From a virus (lineage: Duplodnaviria > Caudoviricetes), in the IMG/VR virus record IMGVR_UViG_3300025723_000042, positions 1-58,198 of that record: 58,198 bases of DNA, one strand, 5' to 3'. Positions 16,298-24,610 of the stretch are shown here, one piece after another (positions within the stretch are counted from its first letter, which is position 1; the number at the start of each line of letters is the position of its first letter). The notes beneath the pieces were generated by a model. The model saw only the letters and a program-made list of their open reading frames with translations, searched no databases and was not told the DNA's origin. Made by a program: the position numbers and the translations under genes.

Positions 16298-17186
16298 GGC
16301 GTTTTCTTATTATACGAGGACTATTACTATAAACTGTTTTAAAAAATCGACTTCCGGCAGAATCTAAATTAGCTATTTCTAGTTTACATTTGTCTCTTAA
16401 TTCTGCTCCTAAAAAATTAATGTATTTGGTCATCTCTTCAGGCTCTGCTACTTCATGTGTAGTATTCCAGTATTCTGTTAACCAATCAAAATCTCTCACT
16501 TGACTATAATCCCAATCAGTACAGTTTGTTTTCCAGCATCCTTCTCTGGCACCCATTATACTCCATATACCATTTTCTACATCTGTACCCACGCTAGCCC
16601 AAACTAATAATCTATGATAATTTTGCCACCAGATAGTTTTAAGATCTGCTACCTTAGCACCCTGGTCAAGTGACATCTTTACACCTTCACGGAATCCTGC
16701 TCGCCATGCTTGGAAGGGAGTTGCGTTGGTAAAACTTTCACTATAACTTTCATTAAATTGATAGTACTTGTCGTCAAAACAAAATTCAACTAGACCCTTA
16801 GTATCTTCTGGATCACTATTTTCATGTGTACGCATTTCATTTACAAAATTACGTGTCCATAATTTTAATCCACCATTACCATACATAAGTCCATTAACAT
16901 GAACACGCCCACACCAACTAAACACATGTTCAGGAGTTAACCCTAATTTGTCTAAGTCTATTTCTACTTCAAGAAATTTTGGATCTACAATATTGTCAGC
17001 ATCTACTGTAACAAAGTATTCCGTTTCACTTAATGCGGCGCAGGCTTTATGTGCGGCATCACTACCTTTAACTCCATGTACACGTTTAGCCCATGGCACT
17101 TTAGTACATAAATCAGCGTAGTTTTTTTCAGCATTAGGTTCATCATAACTGAGGAAAATAATGTCTTGTTCTAAAATTTTAATCAT
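16290..17186 (-). CDS. GT-A fold (GT2-like) glycosyltransferase, paralog of the adjacent gene
   Basis: DIIFLSYDEP, RVHGVKGSDAAH, FVTVDAD, YGNGGLKL and WRAGFRE. Confidence 0.7.
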   Translation of the reverse strand: MIKILEQDIIFLSYDEPNAEKNYADLCTKVPWAKRVHGVKGSDAAHKACAALSETEYFVTVDADNIVDPKFLEVEIDLDKLGLTPEHVFSWCGRVHVNGLMYGNGGLKLWTRNFVNEMRTHENSDPEDTKGLVEFCFDDKYYQFNESYSESFTNATPFQAWRAGFREGVKMSLDQGAKVADLKTIWWQNYHRLLVWASVGTDVENGIWSIMGAREGCWKTNCTDWDYSQVRDFDWLTEYWNTTHEVAEPEEMTKYINFLGAELRDKCKLEIANLDSAGSRFFKTVYSNSPRIIRKRHV

Positions 17187-17781
17187 GTTTTATTCCGTAG
17201 TAAGTAAAAAACTTTTTAGTAGATACTGATAAATTATCAATTTGAGATTCAATCGAGCTTTCGAAATCATAAATGATTTCTCCTGCCTTAAGTATATCAT
17301 GTATTCTAAGATAAAAAGTTCTAATTAAAAAATCTAAATCTGTAGATAATGTCACAAAAACAACCAGTGTATTATCATATCGAGCTCCAGATAGTACACT
17401 ACGTCCAGCATCAGTAATAGAAAATTTCCATTGTTTATTTTCATTATTCCATGTAACTGTAAATTCTGTATTAACATTGATAGGTTCTGTAATCCAAATC
17501 AAGTCGTTCTTTTTAAAACTAAACTCGTCAAACATCTGTTTGGTTATTAATTTATGTTCTATTGTACCGTCAGAATTAACTACACGATCAATAATACAAT
17601 CATTGAAATTAACTTTAGTAGATGTTAACTCGCCATGTTGATCTTTAGTAATTTTAGCATAGTACTTATGAGTTGGGTGTAATTCATTAGTAACTAAAAA
17701 TACTCGATCAGTTAATGGATCAAAATAAGCATAATGCTCAAGTTTAATATTTTCAATTGGATTAAATTTACGTTTAGCCAT
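17179..17781 (-). CDS. hypothetical protein in the glycosyltransferase operon
   Basis: 200-aa ORF with 8-nt overlaps on both sides. Confidence 0.7.
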   Translation of the reverse strand: MAKRKFNPIENIKLEHYAYFDPLTDRVFLVTNELHPTHKYYAKITKDQHGELTSTKVNFNDCIIDRVVNSDGTIEHKLITKQMFDEFSFKKNDLIWITEPINVNTEFTVTWNNENKQWKFSITDAGRSVLSGARYDNTLVVFVTLSTDLDFLIRTFYLRIHDILKAGEIIYDFESSIESQIDNLSVSTKKFFTYYGIKHD

Positions 17782-18613
17782 TTGCTAGTGCCTCTAATCT
17801 TTCTAGTAGTTTAGGAGTTATAAAATCCTTTTCTACATAATGAAATATTTTAGATTGATTAATGTTGTTTACTATAAGATCGCCTTTAATATTTAAAATA
17901 CACGATACTGCATCTGTCCATTTTTCTGGATATGTAATCCACCCTTGAAGAGGGCTTTTCATATGTATAAATTCTAAAGGACTATGTTTATCTAAAACAG
18001 TATTATGACACAACAATAATTCAATTGTTATTGCTGTTGCAAGATCCATACTGGGCCATTTTTGATATTCTTCAGGAGCAAATTTAGTCCAGCACCATTC
18101 CCAGTTTTTACAAACAAACTCTAATGTCTTATAAAACTCTAAAGCACCTTGAGATTTTTTAAAATAATGAAGAGCAAAATAAGGACTTGTAAGTTTATTA
18201 GCTATAAATGCTTTTCTATGTATTGTATCAACAACTGTTTCTAATTTATAATTCTTGATTCTATCGCAAAATTTAATTTCGTAATCTTTACAATAATCCC
18301 ACCAAGTGCTTATATCCTCGACTATCAGCATATCGCTATCCAATACAATAGTTTCATCATATGGACTAGCATGAAATAACTTCCATCTATGTTCTACCAT
18401 TAATGGACTATTTTCAACTTCTTCAAACCATGGGATAGGAATTATGTTATCAAATAACTGTTGATATTTTTCAGGTACTAGACAATTAGTTACAATAGAA
18501 ACATTTTTAATTTCTGTTTGACTGTATTTTATACTTAAAGCCAAGGCACAGGCTTGTGTAACATAATCTACATTATTTGTATTTTCGGCAAATATTAAAA
18601 ATCCCTTAGACAC
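17774..18613 (-). CDS. nucleotide-diphospho-sugar transferase (GT8-like)
   Basis: GFLIFAEN..DY..ALALSIK, SIVT, SPYDETIVLDSDML and FIHMK. GTG 18613 after GGAGG. Confidence 0.7.
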   Translation of the reverse strand: MSKGFLIFAENTNNVDYVTQACALALSIKYSQTEIKNVSIVTNCLVPEKYQQLFDNIIPIPWFEEVENSPLMVEHRWKLFHASPYDETIVLDSDMLIVEDISTWWDYCKDYEIKFCDRIKNYKLETVVDTIHRKAFIANKLTSPYFALHYFKKSQGALEFYKTLEFVCKNWEWCWTKFAPEEYQKWPSMDLATAITIELLLCHNTVLDKHSPLEFIHMKSPLQGWITYPEKWTDAVSCILNIKGDLIVNNINQSKIFHYVEKDFITPKLLERLEALANG

Positions 18614-19454
18614 CAGAACCTCCATCTATGTACCGACTTAAACTTATCTTGTTCATAACATGAACATCTAATCCTGTTGTTTTAACTAACGTATATTCTC
18701 CAATATGGTCTTTCTTTTCTACAAGAAATTTCATTTTATTACCATCTGTGTTTATTAGAATATCCTTGTCCTTGGAATAGGTCATTTTTCCTGGCAACTC
18801 AACAGCAAATTGTCCGTTGGTCTTTCCGTTCATAATATGAATGGCAATACTAAAAGCAAAATCATTTCTAAATTTAGCATCTACAATACCATACAATGTT
18901 CTGAAATACAACCAGTTAGATTTAATATAAACTATAAGATCAAAAAATGCCTGCGTTACAGAATTTTTTTCAAATATAAATGTAGTTGCCCAGTAAAAAG
19001 GAATACTGTATTGATTTATTCTATAAAATTCGTCAGTTGGACGCCAACTAGCAAGATCCATACTTTTACTGTATATTTGAAAATCGTAATGATTGTCCAT
19101 TGCTGGTTTAAGCACAGAAGAATTTAAAATATAATCGCTATCTATTACTAGTGTTCTATCGTAAGGAGTTAAATCGTACACTTGATCTCTAGTTAAATTT
19201 TTCCACTCGGCAGTTTTACTTGATATAGTACCGTCATGAAATTTTTTATACTGAGTAGTATCGGAATATCCTATAATTATAATTTGATCAAAACCGTGAT
19301 TAGGGTAAGCATCGGCTAACCAATCAGGACTATCTGTAACTATGCTTACAGGAATATCTAAATATTGTCTAATACGACTTGCGGCAAATACTGCCAGTTT
19401 GATATAGTCTACAGCAGAGTTATTCTGAGCGAATATTATTGCTCCTTGTGTCAT
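18606..19454 (-). CDS. nucleotide-diphospho-sugar transferase (GT8-like), paralog of the adjacent gene
   Basis: GAIIFAQN..DY, SIVTD, TPYDRTLVIDSDY, FRNDFAFS and HVMNK. Confidence 0.7.
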   Translation of the reverse strand: MTQGAIIFAQNNSAVDYIKLAVFAASRIRQYLDIPVSIVTDSPDWLADAYPNHGFDQIIIIGYSDTTQYKKFHDGTISSKTAEWKNLTRDQVYDLTPYDRTLVIDSDYILNSSVLKPAMDNHYDFQIYSKSMDLASWRPTDEFYRINQYSIPFYWATTFIFEKNSVTQAFFDLIVYIKSNWLYFRTLYGIVDAKFRNDFAFSIAIHIMNGKTNGQFAVELPGKMTYSKDKDILINTDGNKMKFLVEKKDHIGEYTLVKTTGLDVHVMNKISLSRYIDGGSGV

Positions 19455-19801
19455 AACTCTATAATATCTGAAATTTTTCTTTTTGTTTTTAACTCGGCAT
19501 ATTTGGCAGCATATTCGTTTGTTGCCTCAAAATATAATCCGCTGATGTTATCAAAAAATTGTTGTACATCTTTTATAATAACTGGAAAATCGTTAGAATC
19601 TACAAAAGCTACATCTTCGGTGTATCCTAGATCTAGTACAGTTTTTGTAAAATTGATCAAGTCGGTTGTAATTTTAAAACTAGCGCCGTCGATATAATGG
19701 ACTAGTTTTTGATTGTATTCTTCTAAAATAATACGACGTTGATTTGATAACGTCGACATATAATTGGCCACCGCAAAGGCCTTTTCAATTTTTTCATCCA
19801 T
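19451..19801 (-). CDS. hypothetical protein, first gene of the GT operon
   Basis: 116 aa; GGAG RBS; ATGA overlap with the next gene. Confidence 0.75.
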   Translation of the reverse strand: MDEKIEKAFAVANYMSTLSNQRRIILEEYNQKLVHYIDGASFKITTDLINFTKTVLDLGYTEDVAFVDSNDFPVIIKDVQQFFDNISGLYFEATNEYAAKYAELKTKRKISDIIEL

Positions 19802-19821
19802 AACAAACTCCGTAGTGTACT

Positions 19822-19850
19822 ATAATACGCTACTGTAATTAGTTTGTCAA
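19822..19850 (-). promoter_or_regulatory. sigma70-type promoter for the GT operon
   Basis: Minus strand: TTGACA(19850-19845)-17 nt-TATTAT(19827-19822). Confidence 0.65.
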
Positions 19851-19862
19851 TAGATATTGGTA

Positions 19863-20801
19863 TTAAGGATTTGAACTACTAAAATCGTAAGTATTATTAG
19901 TAGTACTTGGCAAATAAGAAGACGCAGATACTTGGCCTGCTCCTGATGCGTAATACAATGTCTGTGTACTAGTTGTTGTACCTACTACAGATTCGTCGAT
20001 ACCAAATACGCCATAACCCGGACCATAGTTTGTATTATTTGATGTTGTACTTAAATCTTCAAATTCTATTCTAAAACTAATTGTCGATCCGCTAATACTA
20101 GCGTAGATATCATATTGATTCGGAGTATATGTTGAATTTTCAGTACCTTTTGAATAAATCAACTGGAAAGATCCTGTAAGTTGATTGTATCCTATACTAC
20201 TACCGGTACCTGGTGTAGTTGCGCCAGACAAGGTAGAAGTAGTATTGACGCCAAACGCAATAGTGCCCATATGATTTAGCATACTAGCCCAACTGTTATC
20301 TTTGGCACTTCCGCTACTAGCTAAACTGGCTGTAAAACGAATCTGTCCACCAGTGTTGAAAAAATATTGAGCTACTGTAGTACTAGCAAACGTAACATTA
20401 ACAAAATGTCTTGCTGTACTTTGTCCTGCAGTATTCACACCCCATCCGCCTGGAATAGAAATTGAATTAAGGCCGGCTGAAGCCGAATATCCTGATAAAA
20501 AGTTTGTATAGTTACTTAGGCAATTATTTGCCATTGTTTGATAAGCTAAAAAATCAGCGGCCTGAACTTTACTGCTAGTACTTGGATATGTTAACGAACC
20601 GTTAACAGGATTTTGATGGTTGTAAGCAGTTAAAATATCAGTATACAATGCTTGCCATTGGGCGGCAGTGATACGAGAAGAACTAGCTGTAACTTGTCCG
20701 CTGTTAACTGTTTGGCCATAGTATGTGCCCATTACTGTAGCAATAGTTGTTTGAACACTATTATAGTCACTTGCTAGTATTTTTGAACCTACTGACGCCA
20801 T
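19863..20801 (-). CDS. putative virion structural/tail protein
   Basis: Ser/Thr/Gly-rich 312 aa; AQYFFNTGGQIRF; preceded by TATAAATA and GAGG. Confidence 0.65.
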   Translation of the reverse strand: MASVGSKILASDYNSVQTTIATVMGTYYGQTVNSGQVTASSSRITAAQWQALYTDILTAYNHQNPVNGSLTYPSTSSKVQAADFLAYQTMANNCLSNYTNFLSGYSASAGLNSISIPGGWGVNTAGQSTARHFVNVTFASTTVAQYFFNTGGQIRFTASLASSGSAKDNSWASMLNHMGTIAFGVNTTSTLSGATTPGTGSSIGYNQLTGSFQLIYSKGTENSTYTPNQYDIYASISGSTISFRIEFEDLSTTSNNTNYGPGYGVFGIDESVVGTTTSTQTLYYASGAGQVSASSYLPSTTNNTYDFSSSNP

Positions 20802-20826
20802 TCTTAACCTCTTTTTTAAAGTATTT

Positions 20827-20834
20827 TATTTATA
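20827..20834 (-). promoter_or_regulatory. T4-type late promoter TATAAATA
   Basis: Exact T4 late -10 consensus upstream of the 312-aa gene. Confidence 0.6.
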
Positions 20835-22902
20835 AAACTAGACATTCTACTAGTTTAACACTGATGTCATCGCTAGATTCTAATGCTACAGCAAATACAT
20901 CGTTCGCGTGTGGAACTGCGGCTACGGCTGTACCATTTGAAGAGGCAATCAAGCGTTGTCCTTTTCGAACCGCGCCTACAACTTTAACTGGAACACGACC
21001 TTTAAGAGCAATGTAAGTTCCGCCTTCTAACCCTTCATTCATTTTAAAAGCAGGATTAGCACTAACTACGCCAATTGCCAAATTGCCATAATTACAAGCC
21101 GTAACTTCTGCATTGCCACCTACGCTAACAACTGTTCCAACTTCGTATTCTTGATCTGCCAAATATTTTTCTGCTAAGTCCGCATAGTTGGCTGTTGTAG
21201 CATTTCCATAGAATATATTAGCATAAATGCTACTTGTTCCATCTCTAGCAACAACTGTTCCACTTGTTGACGCAGTAGTTGCTGATTCATAAGTTGTTCC
21301 GTTAACAATCAATGTAGTTGCTTTACTAGCAATACCAGTTACGTTACCTGTTAGGCTTCCAGTAAATGCTTTAGCAGTAGCATCAACCAATACACTATTG
21401 TCAGTAGCTTTAACGTTACCTGTTAAAATACCAGTCACATTACCTGTTAAATTAGCTGTAATTGTACTAGCACTAAAATTACCACTGCTATCACGTGCTA
21501 CAATAGTACTTGCTGTCCCTGCGTTAGTTGCGTTTACAAATCCACCATTGAACGCTAGTGTATTTGCTTGAGTAGCTGTACCTGTTAAAATATTAACTGT
21601 TGTATTACCGCTAGCATCTCTGGCCATTATGGTACTTGCTGTATTTGTAGTTGCCGCTGATACAAAATTACTACCTAATAATAATTGATTTGCCTTAGTA
21701 GCAATACCATTCATCTGTGTTACATTGATATTGCCGCCAGCATCTCTGGCAACAATACTTGTTTGTCCAACAGCATTAGCTACACTAGCTTGATTAGCAC
21801 CCGATACTGAAGCTTGAATTGTAAGAGTATCTGCTTGTTGAGCAGTTGCATAAACATAACTAGCGTATACGTTTCTCCAACGTTGTGGGCTAGTACCTTG
21901 CAAGCCACCGCCTGTGTTAGATCCTAAATCGCAAGTTAAATCATCGCCTGGTAATACTTGAGTGTTTAATAACTGTAAAGGTACCACAAGCTGACTACTT
22001 GAATTGGTAGTTTGAAATACTATAGGAGTACTATTAACTGTGCTTCTAAAAGTTGGAGTAGTATTGCCATCGTTGAATACTAGTAATTTAACACTAGCAC
22101 CTACAGTATAGCCTCTATCGCTAAAATTAACAACATCTCCAAATACAGCATTAGTACTTAGAACATATCCGCTTGCGCTTACACCGCCTAATTGATCCGA
22201 ATCAGTAGCTGTTCCCCAGAATCTAAATAAATTAGTATCGTTTAAGTTGCTTGATGTATCAAGTGTACCGTTTGTAACACCAATCTGTGAAGGATTATTA
22301 GTATTAACTAGTGTAACACCTTTGTAAATCCAATCGTACCCAGTACTAAATCCCAATGTAGCATTAGCTGTTGAATCTTGTTCAAACGCAGAATCGCTAC
22401 TAATTGTAAAAATGACATTTCCGTTATCATATGCTGCAATAACAGCATGAGTTCCGCCTGCTTTATCTTTAAGGCTGATACTTTGCATTTGTGTATTTTG
22501 TGCGCCGTTAACTGCTTGAGGTCCAATTAATGTAGGTGCTGTTCCATTCCACGCAAATAACTGATTACTAACTGTATCGAACCAAAAATCGCCAACGCTT
22601 AATCCCGAAGGTGTTGTGGCACTTACATCTGCTCCGCCTACTACGCGAAATTTTGTTCCGTCATAGAATTTTATTTTGCCAGCACTACTATCAAACCAAA
22701 TTTGTCCAGTTAAAGGATTTGCTGGAGCAATACTATTAGCAAAATTTTCTAACAAATAAACAAAATTTTCATTTTGTGCTAATCCATAGCCAGCATAACT
22801 TTTACCAATCAATTTAAGATCAGTTGTTGTATCAACTGTACCATCGGCAACTGTAGTTATCGCTGGTAAATTTGGGTTATAGTGGTAAATTGTATATGAC
22901 AT
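20830..22902 (-). CDS. tail fibre protein with C-terminal intramolecular-chaperone (peptidase G2-like) domain
   Basis: Shared fibre N-terminus (LIGKSYAGYG..NENF..LLENFA), repeated IVARDxxG units, and C-terminal YADLAEKY...GVVS.NP...ALKGRVPVKV. Confidence 0.75.
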   Translation of the reverse strand: MSYTIYHYNPNLPAITTVADGTVDTTTDLKLIGKSYAGYGLAQNENFVYLLENFANSIAPANPLTGQIWFDSSAGKIKFYDGTKFRVVGGADVSATTPSGLSVGDFWFDTVSNQLFAWNGTAPTLIGPQAVNGAQNTQMQSISLKDKAGGTHAVIAAYDNGNVIFTISSDSAFEQDSTANATLGFSTGYDWIYKGVTLVNTNNPSQIGVTNGTLDTSSNLNDTNLFRFWGTATDSDQLGGVSASGYVLSTNAVFGDVVNFSDRGYTVGASVKLLVFNDGNTTPTFRSTVNSTPIVFQTTNSSSQLVVPLQLLNTQVLPGDDLTCDLGSNTGGGLQGTSPQRWRNVYASYVYATAQQADTLTIQASVSGANQASVANAVGQTSIVARDAGGNINVTQMNGIATKANQLLLGSNFVSAATTNTASTIMARDASGNTTVNILTGTATQANTLAFNGGFVNATNAGTASTIVARDSSGNFSASTITANLTGNVTGILTGNVKATDNSVLVDATAKAFTGSLTGNVTGIASKATTLIVNGTTYESATTASTSGTVVARDGTSSIYANIFYGNATTANYADLAEKYLADQEYEVGTVVSVGGNAEVTACNYGNLAIGVVSANPAFKMNEGLEGGTYIALKGRVPVKVVGAVRKGQRLIASSNGTAVAAVPHANDVFAVALESSDDISVKLVECLVL

Positions 22903-22922
22903 GTCGCTCTTTCCTTATTCTA

Positions 22923-22930
22923 TATTTATA
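22923..22930 (-). promoter_or_regulatory. T4-type late promoter TATAAATA
   Basis: Exact consensus upstream of the 690-aa fibre gene. Confidence 0.6.
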
Positions 22931-23615
22931 CTGTATTTGGTGTTGACTGGTTACCCTGTACCCAGGTGTTAAAAGCCGCCATCTGATCAGCATCATATCC
23001 ATACAATTCAGGGTATATACTAAGCCAAACCGAGCTTAATTCTGGCACCATGGCCTTAAATCTGACAGAAGCGTAACCTATCTTGTTTAATTGAAAGGTT
23101 ACTGTGCCGCCGTTTGTTGTTGTAGACTTATAAACGCTAGGATCAGCACCATCGATACTAATAGGAAAATCTAATTTTTGTAGATTTTTTACACCTATTT
23201 CTGTAATATCAGTACACTGAACTCCATTTTGATCTACAATTTGTGGAATAAGAGTAATAAGATTGTCTACTCCTACAATTGATTTCTTTTTACTGTCTAA
23301 ATAAGTATTAGGACCAAAATTTACAATAGCTTTTCTCATTTTAAGAGTATTTTCTGGAGTCCAAAAAGCCATTTGACTTGGAGCTAAAATACTTTGAGAA
23401 ATATCATTGTATTGTTGCTGGGTGATAGTTCCTAGATAATGATTTTCTAGATCTGTATCGCTATGCTTAACATCAGCAAAAGACGCTAGTGCCCCGTAAA
23501 GCCCTGTGATTAATCTAGTAGTCATTGAAAATGTAATACTATATTGTTTGTCTTCTGTCCATCCAGTAGATATTTTAACTCCTGGTGGTGCTGGTGGTAT
23601 AGTTGTATCTGTCAT
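22926..23615 (-). CDS. hypothetical protein coupled to the U32 gene
   Basis: 229 aa; ATGA overlap with the U32 stop; no recognisable motif. Confidence 0.7.
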   Translation of the reverse strand: MTDTTIPPAPPGVKISTGWTEDKQYSITFSMTTRLITGLYGALASFADVKHSDTDLENHYLGTITQQQYNDISQSILAPSQMAFWTPENTLKMRKAIVNFGPNTYLDSKKKSIVGVDNLITLIPQIVDQNGVQCTDITEIGVKNLQKLDFPISIDGADPSVYKSTTTNGGTVTFQLNKIGYASVRFKAMVPELSSVWLSIYPELYGYDADQMAAFNTWVQGNQSTPNTV

Positions 23616-24610
23616 GCTGTAACCTTTATTAATTTATCGTATACTTTGTCGCAATGATCGCATTCAATTCCGCAAACTGTTTTACAATTATTAGTTAGCT
23701 GATTGAATCCTAGTTCAGTAATATCATTGATCAGTGTTAATGCCAATGGCATGTGACCTGTAGTGCTTAATATTTCACCGAATCTAACATTACCACTAGA
23801 TCTTTGATAAGCGTCTACTACACGGGTCCATCTTTCGATAGGGTAACCTCTTCCGGCTAGTTTAATAACATCAACTAAACCGTCAAACTTTCCTAAATCA
23901 TTAGGAAATGTAAATGCTGTTTTAAGCCATTCGGCAGGACGTTCTTTAAAATAGCTAACACATCCTAGTTGATTGTGTACACTAGAAGTCAACTCTCTCT
24001 TGTCGTGTATCTTAACTTGACTTATAATTAAATCGTCCCATTGTTTCCATTTACAATCTACTATACATCCTTCATTAACTAGCATGGTAATTTTAATATC
24101 ATGCTGTTTGGCATACGCACTCATCTTGCGTAAGGTATCTAAGTCTCTATTTAAACTTCGATCTACAATGATATTTGTAAGATGTAACACTTCATGCATA
24201 AAAATAAAATCTTTAAGTGTACGTACTAAGTTGTTTACACTATTTTTTAATACAATATCAGGCTTATGTTTTTGAAAATCTTTAATAATATTAGATCTAA
24301 GCAAATAAGAATTATTAAGAGTTACCATATCCACGTCAATATTTTTAACGTGCTCTATTAAATCAAACACTTGTCCATAAAATTCATTACTATACAAACT
24401 AGGGTTAATAAGATAATGTAGTTTTATACCGTATTTGTTTCGTACGGCATACAATTCATCAAACATTTCTTTTGAGCCGAACAAACTTCTAGCACTACCA
24501 AATTTATTGTCGCTAAAATACACATCGGAGATAGAATCAACATCAAGGTCTTCTAAAGCTCCAAGTATTCCTGGTGTATAAGGTATACTAAATTTACGGT
24601 GTGTAGACAT
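23612..24610 (-). CDS. peptidase U32 family protein (probable Fe-S enzyme)
   Basis: TIM-barrel-like pattern LHYLIN, DMVTLNNSYLL, NSVN, IVDRSLNRDL, MLVNEGCIVDC, later GC, IKLAGR, and C-terminal CKTVCGIECDHC. Confidence 0.75.
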   Translation of the reverse strand: MSTHRKFSIPYTPGILGALEDLDVDSISDVYFSDNKFGSARSLFGSKEMFDELYAVRNKYGIKLHYLINPSLYSNEFYGQVFDLIEHVKNIDVDMVTLNNSYLLRSNIIKDFQKHKPDIVLKNSVNNLVRTLKDFIFMHEVLHLTNIIVDRSLNRDLDTLRKMSAYAKQHDIKITMLVNEGCIVDCKWKQWDDLIISQVKIHDKRELTSSVHNQLGCVSYFKERPAEWLKTAFTFPNDLGKFDGLVDVIKLAGRGYPIERWTRVVDAYQRSSGNVRFGEILSTTGHMPLALTLINDITELGFNQLTNNCKTVCGIECDHCDKVYDKLIKVTA

